Assembly (NCBI GenBank): GCA_043228905.1
Contig: JBHGNT010000018.1
Location: forward strand, 8,122,001 to 8,186,000
Direction of reading: 5' to 3'
Origin: Azolla caroliniana
Taxonomy: Eukaryota; Plantae; Polypodiophyta
DNA length: 64,000 nt
Shown here: positions 22,421-33,554 of the stretch, piece by piece
Numbering within the stretch: the first letter of the stretch is position 1
Layout of the letters: the number at the start of each line of letters is the position of its first letter
Program-made: the position numbers and the translations under genes
The notes under the pieces: model-generated
Databases searched by the model: none
The model's input: the letters and a program-made list of their open reading frames with translations, nothing else
Told to the model about the DNA's origin: nothing

Positions 22421-23690
22421 TTGGGAACTTTGCCACATTCATCCATCTAAACAAAGTGGCCAAAGTGCTCTTAGCACAAATAAAAAATAAGGGATCTCAA
22501 TTTGCTTATATAGCAAGGGCCTTAAATTTCCTATATATGTGGGATAAATCATAGTTCTATTTTCCCTATCTTCTCAAACTTCATGTTCTCATAACTTGAT
22601 ATATAATTGTCCATTTTGTATCTAGTAAAATGCGTTTTGAAGCTCTTGAGTACATCCATCTTCCTATAACAAGCTACTAATCTAATCTAAAATAATTATT
22701 TCATTATTTTTTACATAGTGTGTGAAGATTCACACGACAACGTGAGCGGCACAATGGATTACAGTGTTCTCTACCCATTGGCCACACCAATACGACTCGA
22801 AGGGTACACATACGCGGACTGGGCAGGCTACAAAGCTTATCGATGATCAACCTCCGGATTTTTCTTCTCGCTTGGTAACGGAGCAATATCTTGGAGTAGT
22901 AAGAAGCAGCCCACCATCGCACTTTCGAGTACGGAGGCCGAATACAGGGGCGTAGGCGTAGCTGCATGTGAAGCCGTATGGCTCAAGAGGATTTTGAAGG
23001 ATCTGGGCATCCCCTTCAAGGATCTGACTCCCATTTACTGCGACAACATGAACAGTATATATCTTGCTCGGAACCCAGTGTTCCACGCACACACAAAGCA
23101 TATCGAAGTCCGCCATCACTTCATTCGAGAGCGTGTACAGGCCGGAGATGTCGACCTTCAACACATCAACACTAATCTTCAGACGGCCGACATCTTCACC
23201 AAAGCCTTAGGAGCCAACAAGCTTCGGCAATTCATGTCAGACCTCGAATTGATGATTCCTAACTTGCCAAGCTTGAGGGGGAGTACAAGCTAGAACCAGA
23301 TACCGTTCGAACCGGGTATGAGTCGAAGCGGACACCGGAGATCGTCCGAACCGGATACCAGCCGAAGCGGACATCAATCAAAAGGAACCGACCTGAGTTG
23401 TGCTTGAGGGGGCGTGTTGAGAATCAAACTCAACATAGTGCAAGATGTGAACACACCTTTTGAGAATCCATGATTACTCAAAGGTCAAGAGTCACACCAC
23501 TACTCTCTACACATTAACTATGTGTCATAGAATCATATTCTATGACACATAACTAATGAGTTACATATTCCCCATGACTATGAGTCTTCACATTCCCCAA
23601 GAGAGAGAGTGGTTGTTGTAAGTTAATGAAGAGAGAGGGTGACTCTATATAAAGCACCCTCCTCATACTTCATATTAAGTCGGTTGTGAC

Positions 23691-26600
23691 TGTCGAATAC
23701 ATGTGTATAATGGACGTATTCACACTATCCCGTTTTGGCCATTTATGTAATTAGCATAAAGGGTAGTTGCCCTAAGTCGGTCACTATATATAGTGACCTT
23801 GTAACCTCTTTGTAAGGTGGGGTGTTGTATTATTGCTTTATGGAATAAGACAAAGTCTTTTGTGCCTCTCTGTCTCTCTCTCTCTCTCTCTCTGTGCAAC
23901 GACCTACAAACTGTCATACGCAGGTACTCAACAGCAATCGAATGCTTCTTGATCTTCCGCACAGACGACTTTGTCTCCAACATCTGGTATCAGAGCCTGC
24001 ACAGTATTCGGTCCTTCAATCCGCTGTCGGCTGTCGTCTCAGCCTGCACAGCATTCGGTTTCCTGCGTCATTCGAAGAAGAGAGAAGAAGAAAAACGAGG
24101 CTTGCATCTCTTCGCGTTAGATCCTCTTCGCTTGGAGTAAGCCAGCCGGTTGTACTCCGTTCCTTGTGATCGCAACGCTCGAGGTGAAATCCCCTTGTGC
24201 AACATTGACACGATCGCGCTCCACTCGGTTAAACGGCATCCGAAAAGGTCATTAAACGCTGCTCGCCGCTCGTTGTAACCACTCGGTGCAGATCGGTCTC
24301 AAGACATCAACCCCAATTCGCGCTTCATCCGGCTGATCGACATTCGGGAGGATCAGTTGGATCTGTCTCTCTCGTCGCTGCAGCCACCCGAAGCAGAATC
24401 GGTCTAGATAATCGGTTTCAATAATCGGTATTCGGCATATATATCCGAAGCGAACCGGGCTCACTCCGACTCGGCAACATTCGGGAAGACCAGTCGGTTC
24501 TGTCCCTCAAGTTACCGGAGTCAATTCGAGCAAGCTCCGAAGCCGAACCGACTCGGGTTCAAATCCGACTAGAACGATATCGGGTGAGCCAACTGGCTGC
24601 ACTCCAACAAGGTTCGTAGTCAACTCCGAACCGAGCTTCGTCAACCAAAACCGAACTTGATGGCATCAACATCCGGCTCGTCAGAAATGAGTCTACGAAA
24701 GTTCGATGGATCGAACTTCAACTTCTGGAAGGAACAAATGCAGGACTATCTCATAGTCAAGGGGCAAATCGATCCCATCGAAAATGAAGAACCTCCAGAA
24801 GGATACAAACCAATTGAGTGGCAGAAGCTGGACAGAATTGTCCGCGCCACGATTCGGATGCACCTATCGGAATCGGTATACTTTACGGTGCAATCGTGTA
24901 CGACAGCATTCGAACTGTGGAAAACACTGTCGGACACTTACGAAAAGAAGGTCGCCGCAACGAAGATGTTTCTGATCCGGCGCCTCTACAACTTGCGGAT
25001 GAAAGAATCCGATTCGGTTCAAGCACACCTCAATGAGTACGAAAGCATAAGCTCCCAAATCTCGTCACAGGGGACGGCAATCGAGGATGAACTCAGAGCA
25101 ATGATACTCATGAGCAGCCTTCCCTCATCATGGGAAACTTTCGTCACAACCGTGTGCAACGCGTCAACCACGGCTGTTAAATACTCCGAAGTCACGAGCG
25201 CAATCCTGACCGAAGCAGCTCGGAGAAAGTCTTTCGCCAAAGACTCAACAGACGACGCTTACGTAGTACAAGGTTCGACAGACCGATCGAACATACGAGG
25301 AAGAGATTCCTCACGGCCGCCGAACAATCAGCGAAGACGGAGCCAGTCACGGGATAACCGAATCTGCAACTATTGCAAGAAACCCGGACACATCAAAGCC
25401 GACTGCCGCGCACTCAAGAACAAGAACAACAAGAAGAGTGGCCGGCATGAGGAGATCAATTACGTCAGCTTCTCAGCTGATGTACTACCGGACGACCCGA
25501 ATATACTATCAATCGAAAATCCAGTCGGATCAGAAGTTCTACTCACGACTGAAGAATCGAGCACATGGCTCTTAGATTCGGGCGCGTCATTTCACGTGAC
25601 TCCTCATCGATCCCAATTTCGGCAATATACGATCCGTCACTCCAACTCAGTTCGAGTCGGCAACTCACAACACTGTGACATCATCGGAATCGGCACAGTA
25701 GAGCTCAACCTTGCAGGTGGCTCTACACTTGTACTCCACAATGTCCGACATGTACCCGAGCTCTCAAGGCCATTGATCTCAGTCGGACAACTAGATGAAG
25801 ACGGCATTCGTGCCGGTTTTTCTTCGGGAGGGTGGACACTCCACAGGGGGAACCTCCTGCTTGCTAGAGGACCCAAGATACACTCCCTGTATCCGTTACA
25901 TGTTACGCTCAGAGAGGGTAACCTGTTTTTGGTGGATATTCCTGTGTCATCACTATGGCACCGAAGATTAGGACACCTCAGCAAGGCCGGCATCACGCAC
26001 CTATCTAGAGCCGGATACATCCCCAAACTCTCCTTCTCGGACCATCAATTCTGCGAGCATTGCCAGTATGGCAAACAAGCAGCCGCATCACACCCGACAT
26101 CAGCACCAAGAGAAACGAGACCTCTTGATTTGGTCCACTCGGACGTCTGTGGCCCAATGCCGCATCAGTCTCTCGGCGGTGCCTCTTACTTCGTCACTTT
26201 TATTGACGATTCGACTCGAAAGGTGTGGGCTTATCCAATTCGCACCAAAGATCGGGTCTTCTCGATCTTCACCGATTGGCTCGCTATGGTAGAAAATCAA
26301 ACCGACCGAAAGCTGAAATGCTTTCGGACAGATAATGGGGGAGAGTTTAAATCCGAAGAATTCGTCAAATTCTGCCGACAACGCGGCATCCGACGTGAAT
26401 TTACGGCACCACACAGTCCGGAGCAAAACGGGATTGCCGAACGCATGAATCGGACAATCCAAGAACGGACAGTTTCCATGCTCCAACACTCCGGACTGTC
26501 GGATGGCTTCTGGGCAGAGGCTCTACTCACGGCAGTACACATAATCAATATGTCGCCAAGTAGACCTCTAGGACTTCAAATTCCTCAGGAACTATGGATC

Positions 26601-29158
26601 GGCAGTAAGCCGAATTACGACAAGCTGAGGATCTTCGGATGCGAGGCGTACGCCCTTATTCCGAAAGATGATCGCCGAAAACTTGCACCTCGGTCCAGGA
26701 AATGCATTTTCCTTGGATATGGATCCGACGGCGAAATGGGATACCGACTCTGGGACCCCGAACGCAGACAAATCGTTCGAAGTTCGGACGTTGTGTTCAA
26801 CGAGTCGGCTATGAATCCATCAGTCGAAAAACCGATCGAAGTCCGAAGGGTGACATTTTCCGATGTGCCGACCCTTCAAGAAGGCCCCGCTCTCAACACA
26901 CGGTCAGCTTCACGGGTAGCTGAACCTTACACTACCGACTCGGACAACCCCGACTCGGCACAGCAGAACAATCCGCTTTCGGACCATCTGACCTTGATAC
27001 CCGATGCGACCAGTCCAATCTTACCTCGCCGATCCGAGAGACTGTCGCAACCTCCGGAGAGGTATTCTCCTGGAATTTTCTTCACCGACGCCGGCGAACC
27101 GACGTCTTACGAAGAAGCATCGACATCTGTCGATTCCGCCACCTGGCATCTGGCGATGGAGTCGGAAATGCACTCCATTCGGGCAAACAAGACTTGGGAT
27201 CTGGTTGAATTACCTAGGAACCGACGTGCTCTTCCTTGCTAGTGGGTTTATCGACTAAAAGAGACGTCTGATTCGACCACCCCAAAGTACAAGGCCAGAT
27301 TAGTTGCGAAGGGCTTCCGACAAGAATATGGCGTCGACTTCGACGAGATTTTTTCACCAGTGGTGAAAATGACAACCCTCCGTTTTCTACTCGGCGTAGT
27401 GGCAGCCGACAACTTGGAGCTGATTCAGCTAGATGTCAAAACAGCATTCCTCCATGGTGATCTTGAAGAGGAAATTTATATGGAGCAGCCAAAAGGCTTC
27501 GTGGCAACTGGCCAAGCACATCTAGTCTGCCGACTCAGGAAGAGTCTATACGGCCTCAAACAGGCACCGCGACAATGGTACAAGAAGTTCGACGACTTCA
27601 TCCAATCGATCGGCTTCTCAAAAAGCGATGAGGACCATTGTCTCTTTACCAACACAGCTCAAGATGGATCACCCATCTTCCTCATCATTTACGTGGACGA
27701 CATGCTAATTTCTGGACGCCACGCGGGCGAACTTGCCGATCTCATTCGGCAACTGCGGTTGAAGTTTGCCATGAAGGACCTCGGTCCGGCACGACACATC
27801 CTTGGCATGAAGATTAGTCGGCATCGCGATAAACAACATCTTTTTTTGTCTCAGACCGACTATACCCGACGTGTCTTAGAACGCTTCAACATGCAATCAG
27901 CCAAATCTGCTTCAACCCCGCTCCCCATGAATCTTCGGCTCTCTCAGCGAGACTGCCCGACATCCGGTCCGGAGGGGGAAGATATGAAGTCGGTACCGTA
28001 TGCACCGGCAGTCGGCTCCCTTATGTACCTGATGGTCGCGACACGGCCTGATATTTCTCACGCCGTAGGAGTCGTTAGCAGATTTATGCACAATCCTGGC
28101 CGATCGCATTGGAACGCAGTCAAGCATGTGTTCAGATATCTGGCTGGCACAAAAGACCACGGCATTCTTTTCGGTCCGAACCGAACCTCAGGCGTAGTCG
28201 GTTACACCGACTCGGACTTCGCCGGCTGTATAGACAGTCGGAAATCAACAACCGGATACTGCTTCAAATTCGGCAATGGAACAATCTCGTGGAAGTCGAA
28301 ACTTCAGGAGTGCACAGCGACCTCAACGACCGAAGCAGAATATGTAGCTGCGTCCGACGCAGCAAAAGAAGCTTTGTGGCTCGGTCGGCTGGCGCACACG
28401 TTTCGACAAGTCGACCATGACTCGGCTCCAGTTGTCTACAGCGACAGTCAAGGTGTTGTTGCCTTGTCGAAAAATCCGGTTCACCACAACGCCTCCAAAC
28501 ATATCGACGTTCGATATCACTTCGTTCGGGACTGCGTCATTTCAGGGAAAATCGGTCTAGAGAAAATATCCACAACCGACAATGTCGCAGATGGAATGAC
28601 CAAGTGTCTTTCGGCAGACCGTTTTCGGTCTCTTCGGCATCAGATGGGCGTAACGACAAACCAGTCCGGTTAGAGCCGGACACAGAGCAGGATGGTTCCC
28701 GACAACCGACATCAGTTCCTTAATGATCGGCTTCAACTGTTCCGACCCGACCAGTTCGGTCTTCTGCCTTCGGACCCTGCCGATCCGAACAAAGCTGATA
28801 TGTCCGAGAACCTAAGTCTATACCTGTAATCTTAGATAACCCATGTATACGCCCATTACGGGGGAGTGTCGAATACATGTGTATAATGGACGTATTCACA
28901 CTATCCCGTTTTGGCCATTTATGTAATTAGCATAAAGGGTAGTTGCCCTAAGTCGGTCACTATATATAGTGACCTTGTAACCTCTTTGTAAGGTGGGGTG
29001 TTGTATTATTGCTTTATGGAATAAGACAAAGTCTTTTGTGCCTCTCTGTCTCTCTCTCTCTCTCTCTCTGTGCAACGACCTACAAATTGTCATACGCAGG
29101 TACTCAACAGCAATCGAATGCTTCTTGATCTTCCGCACAGACGACTTTGTCTCCAACA
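23691..29158 (+). mobile_element. Full-length young Copia 'C' (Tork/Tnt1-like), 5468 bp, TSD GTGAC
   Basis: 292-bp LTRs at 23691-23982 and 28867-29158 with 1 mismatch. PBS TGGTATCAGAGCC at 23985-23997. PPT GGGGGAG ends at 28866. GTGAC at 23686-23690 and 29159-29163. Confidence 0.97.
24660..28673 (+). pseudogene. Copia C gag-pol polyprotein with a single in-frame stop (C*WVY instead of CKWVY at 27240-27242)
   Basis: ORFs 24657-27242 and 27360-28673 are in the same frame, and gag, zinc knuckle, PR, INT, RT (YVDD) and RH motifs are all intact. Confidence 0.93.
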
Positions 29159-29338
29159 GTGACTCCTTATTATGCTACCTTTTGTAATTCTTATTCTACT
29201 TGTGCAATATACACCTTCTTCTTGAGTATTCCTTTTTCTATCTATCTTGTGTTCTCTCATCTCTCCTCTAATTCCTCTCACACATACACATAACACACAT
29301 CTCTTCCACTACACAAGAATCATACCCGATTCTTTACA

Positions 29339-29553
29339 GTTGGAAAATGGAAGTCGGTGTTGCTTCCCTAACTTACAGGCTTCACAGACTTGGCCTTTTC
29401 GGATACTGATTTTCGGTAGGCCGAAAACTATGTTTTTTGTTTGCATCTCTTGAAGCCGTGGGAAATTGACGTGGCCGATTCGCTTGTGCCACAAGTCGAT
29501 GTTCGACTTGTCTTTTTGCCCTTTGGCGAACACAGCGGCACCTACATCGTTTG
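29339..29553 (-). mobile_element. Fragment of Copia 'F' (A/D-like integrase zinc-finger region); outermost host of the nest
   Basis: TNDVGAAVFAKGQK..LWHKRIGHVN..CEACKLGKQHRLPFSN, bounded by the LTR ends of E and H. Confidence 0.85.
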
Positions 29554-31466
29554 TGTTGATAACGAGTGCGTTTTGCGGAAACGTGTATGGCTCTGTTGTC
29601 GGTTATGAACAACAAACAACGTAGACAGAAAAATAGAATAAGCGTAGACTTACATAGTGAAAGCTCTAATGGAAAGCTTTATTGCTTCGTTCTCACTCTC
29701 TCTTTGAGATACAATACACATAACCAGAGAATCAGTTCTCTGTCTCATCTCTCTTCCACTCGTCGCCCTATACAATGTTAGGTATTCGCTTATATACTAG
29801 GCCCTAACTTATTGACGAGTTCACACTCGGACGGATACAATTTGGAAGGAGTCGTCCTTTTATGCCAACAAACTCCCCTGTAAAAGGACTACTCTTTCAT
29901 ATATATACAAATACTTGGGGTTATCTCCCCCGTAAACTTAAACTGAGTTTTATGCTACAAGTCTGTCGGCATGAAGCCGAGTCGGTAGAGGCATAATATG
30001 AGTGTTGATCAGCTTTTACCTACTACTCCTTATTCGACTTTCTTTTGCTCGATCGCTTGTCGTAGTCCCATCTTCGTCCTTAGTGTTCTGAAGCGTTGAT
30101 CTAGGAATGACTTCATCAGGCAATCGGCGATGTTCACCTCGGTGTCGATCTTTCGGACTTAGAGTTTCTTCTCGGTCATGAGCTCCCGGATATGATGATA
30201 CCGCACCTCAATGTGCTTCGTCTTCACATGGTAGATGGGATTTTTGATGAGGTGTATTGCACTCTGTGAGTCGCAATAGATGGTCAGCGTTGGTCGGTCT
30301 ATTCGGCTTGTAGTTCTGAAGTTGGCAGACAGCCGGTGCAGCCATATCGCTTCCTTCACTACTTCCGATGCTGCTATGTACTCAGCTTCTGTGGTAGACA
30401 GAGTCGTGCACACTTGAAGTTTGGATCTCCATGATATTGCACCGCCACCATAGGTGAATAGGTAGCCTAATGTCGATTTCTGATTATTCTTATTTCCAAC
30501 ATAGTTGGAATCGGTGTAGCCTTCGACTTTGGCTGAGGTTGTCAGTCTGAAAGTCAATTGTGCATTTGTGGTTCCTTTCAGATACCTAAGGATGTGCTTG
30601 ACGACCTCCCAATGCTTCCTTCCTGGGTTAGACATGTACCAGCTGACCACCCCTACGGCATAGGCTAGGTCGGGTCGGGTCGCCACCATTGCATACATGA
30701 TACTTCCTACAGCGGGTGAGTAGGGTATCTTTCCATTAAGCTCTCTCTCCTTGTCCGTTGAAGGAGATTCTTTGTCCAATAGTCTGATCGACATCGGAAG
30801 CGGTGTTGGTGTTGGCTTCGCATTCCCCATGTTGAAGCGCTTCAGCACCTTGCGGATGTATTCAGACTGGGAGAGTCGGAGAGTTTTGGTCATCCGATTT
30901 CTCTCTATCCTCATGCCCAGTATTTGTCACGCTTGTCTAAGTTCCTTCATCGCAATCTTTGCGTGAAGGCTCTGCTTCAGCTTACCGATCTCTACTTGAC
31001 TACTCCCTGCAATCAAGATGTCATCGACATATAGGATCAGGTAGATCCTGGACTCATCGGCCAGTTGCCGAACATACATGCATGGGTCGAAGTTTGATCT
31101 GTTTTATCCAAGCTGCCATATGTAGGAGTCAAACTTCTAGTATTATATTCTCGGCGCTTGTTTGAGGCCATATAGACTTTTCTTTAGTCTACATACGAGG
31201 TGATTGTCCTCCCCCGTCGCCGTGAAGCCTAACGGTTGAGACATGTATATGTCTTCTTCCAAATCTCTAGGTAGGAATGTCGTCTTTACATCCATCTGCT
31301 CGAGCTCGAGGTCTTCTGTCGCCACAACTCCTAATAGGAGTCAGAGGGTGGTCATTTTGACTAATGGTGAGAATATCTCGTGGTAGTCGACCCCGTATTC
31401 TTGTTTAAATCCCTTTGCGACAAGCCGAGCTTTGTACTTGGGTTTCTCTGAGTCGGATACATACTT
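29554..31466 (-). mobile_element. Copia 'H' (Tork-like), 3' part only: RT-RH, PPT and 317-bp 3' LTR (29554-29870)
   Basis: [24 protein letters not shown] and KHIEVRYH on the minus strand. PPT AGGGGAG at 29873-29879. LTR has TG...CA ends. Homology stops abruptly near 31466. Confidence 0.85.
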
Positions 31467-33554
31467 GGGAGGGCTTCTCTTTGTAATGTAGGTAAACTTG
31501 AGTCGCCCTTCTCATTTGTTGCATTTGGCTTAGATGCACAGAATTCTACAAAGGTGTTATTCATAGTATTGTTATCATTTGATGCTTGGATAGTGCTAGA
31601 AACTTAATTTTTTGTACAATTTTGTTCTTCTTCATGGGCTTTTGCATGACATTGCTATAGTCTACTTTTGTACATGTCATGGTTGCAATCTCGGAGTCTT
31701 CTTCCGTGCTCCATATAGTGCCTAAGTCATTGTGTTGTATTTGTTCATCTCCACCTTTCATTCCAAATACATTTGAAAGTACACCACTACGATTGTCAAA
31801 TCACATTTTTGTAGTAATCAATCTGATCTTACAAATTCAATATTAGACAGTGTAAATGACAATAACATGCAAATTAAAGTTTATAAATCCTAGCTATTGT
31901 TACTTCATCATCCTTGTTATCTATAGTGAACTCTTCATGGTGGTTGTGTTTATAATCTTCTCTTCAACCCCAAGAGTTTCTTTGCCCAAGTCTTCAAAAT
32001 CAAGTGAATGAAATAAACCAATCAAGTGTAGAATGAACTATCTCCTACAACAGTACCACACCACCTTAATGCATAATGAAATATGCATAAGGAACAATGC
32101 TAGTATTAAACAAACTACATACCTAAGTGTAGAACAAACTATCTCCTACGACAATAGTAAACCACCTGAATGCATAATCAAGTACTAAACCAATTGCACA
32201 CCTTCATCTTCAAACCCCCACGGTATGATCCAATCTCAACTCGGTGGTATGAGACGACAATGGGGGATTAGGATTTGTCTCTCACCTTTGCTAAAGGTTG
32301 ATCAGGTATTCTAACTCCTTTTCTTAATTTCTTTTTCATTCATTTTGGTAGGGAGTAATTACTTTTCTTAATTACTTTAATTTAGATTTTTACATAAAGA
32401 GTAATACTTCTCTCAAGAATGTAAAACGATTTAGCTTACACCTTCATATATGTGTAGGGAGGGAGATTTGAACTCTTGATCGATGCTTCATGGGTGAAAT
32501 TTCTTATGATAGGCCATTCCCCTTTCTCTTTCTTTCTTTTTTTGCTTCTAGGTCACTTCATTTTCCTTATTGCGGCCAACTTTTCCTTTTCTCCCTCTTG
32601 TTCTTTCTTCTAGTTGTCTATTTATTCTTCTTCTTCTTCGTTTCACACCCTTGGTCCCTGACGTTGTTACCTCCTTACTTCACTTCACTTCACTTCTTGA
32701 TTGATTTTTTCCTTTCATTGTTTTTCGTTGATTTCTGTTTTTTTTTATGGGATTCACCATTCTTATTAGGGTAGTTAAGATGCGTCTAGGCATCTCTAGA
32801 AATTTCAAGAAGTTTCTACAACCTTGTTTTAATAGTTATAACCATTTACGAAAGATGTGGTAATAGGCATTTCGAGAAGTTCCAAAACAATTTCTTGAAG
32901 CTCAATCAAACTAAACATCTTTGATCCAAATAAGGCAAATTTGCCTCATTTTCCATAACAATCTAAACATCTTAGATCCAAATAAGCCAAACTAGACATG
33001 ATACACTTAAGAGATAGAGAGCGTTCTTAAATCTGCCTTTGTCTGTTTTGAATTTGATTTTGATTTCATTGCAAGAGGGGAATGTTCAACCTTCAGGATA
33101 TAATTTTGAAGGCTAATTAATTTTTAATGGCTTTAGGATAGAACAAAAAACATTCTAATGTAGCAAGCACCTCATTACCAGTTTTGATTGAGCATAGATC
33201 TTCTACATGCATTTTACTGGTATTCCCATTCCAATAGGTGCAAGGTTCTGTTATTATGGAAGAAAGGTTTCCATTGACAAAATGGCCCTGTAAATAAATA
33301 CATCATGAACAGCAGCGGCCTGTAATTGTGCATTACACCATAAGGTTACATGAAGTTTTGGTTAAATAAAGTCTACCCTCAAATCAAGTTAAGAATCCAT
33401 GTTCCTTAAAAAGGCTTTAAGAAACAGGGGAGAAGGATGTGCTTTTCTATACAACAAGATAGAGTAGATACATTGAATTGAAAATAACAAGAATGGTGGT
33501 AATGATGATATGATGGCTGGCCTATGTGTTTTGCTCAGTGTTTTCTTTTTCAAC

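Larger units (their letters stand above)
17424..22739 (-). mobile_element. 5' half of Ty3/Gypsy element 'G' (non-chromovirus, tRNA-Trp-primed; Phygy/Selgy-like, tentative)
   Basis: 5' LTR at 21416-22739 (TGTCGTG...TCGTGACA on minus). PBS TGGTGAAGCCGAAGTGAA at 21394-21411. gag from ATG 21362, zinc knuckle CVWCDNFEHSRREC, PR ALIDHGSEINLM, then KYKTVDRKVKP and RT (LPQG..FLDD) directly after PR. Confidence 0.9.
22740..29338 (+). mobile_element. 3' part of Copia 'E': RT-end/RNase H, PPT and 3' LTR split by element C
   Basis: VSGTMDYSVLY...KHIEVRHHFIRE...LPSLRGSTS* ends at 23293. PPT GAGGGGGCG ends at 23414. LTR is 23415-23690 plus 29164-29338 (ends TTTACA), followed by GTTGG. Confidence 0.88.

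Noticed and set aside
27240-27242. Programmed stop-codon readthrough in Copia C
   Set aside because: The stop replaces the conserved K of CKWVY inside RT and lacks a CARYYA context, so a point mutation is the simpler explanation.
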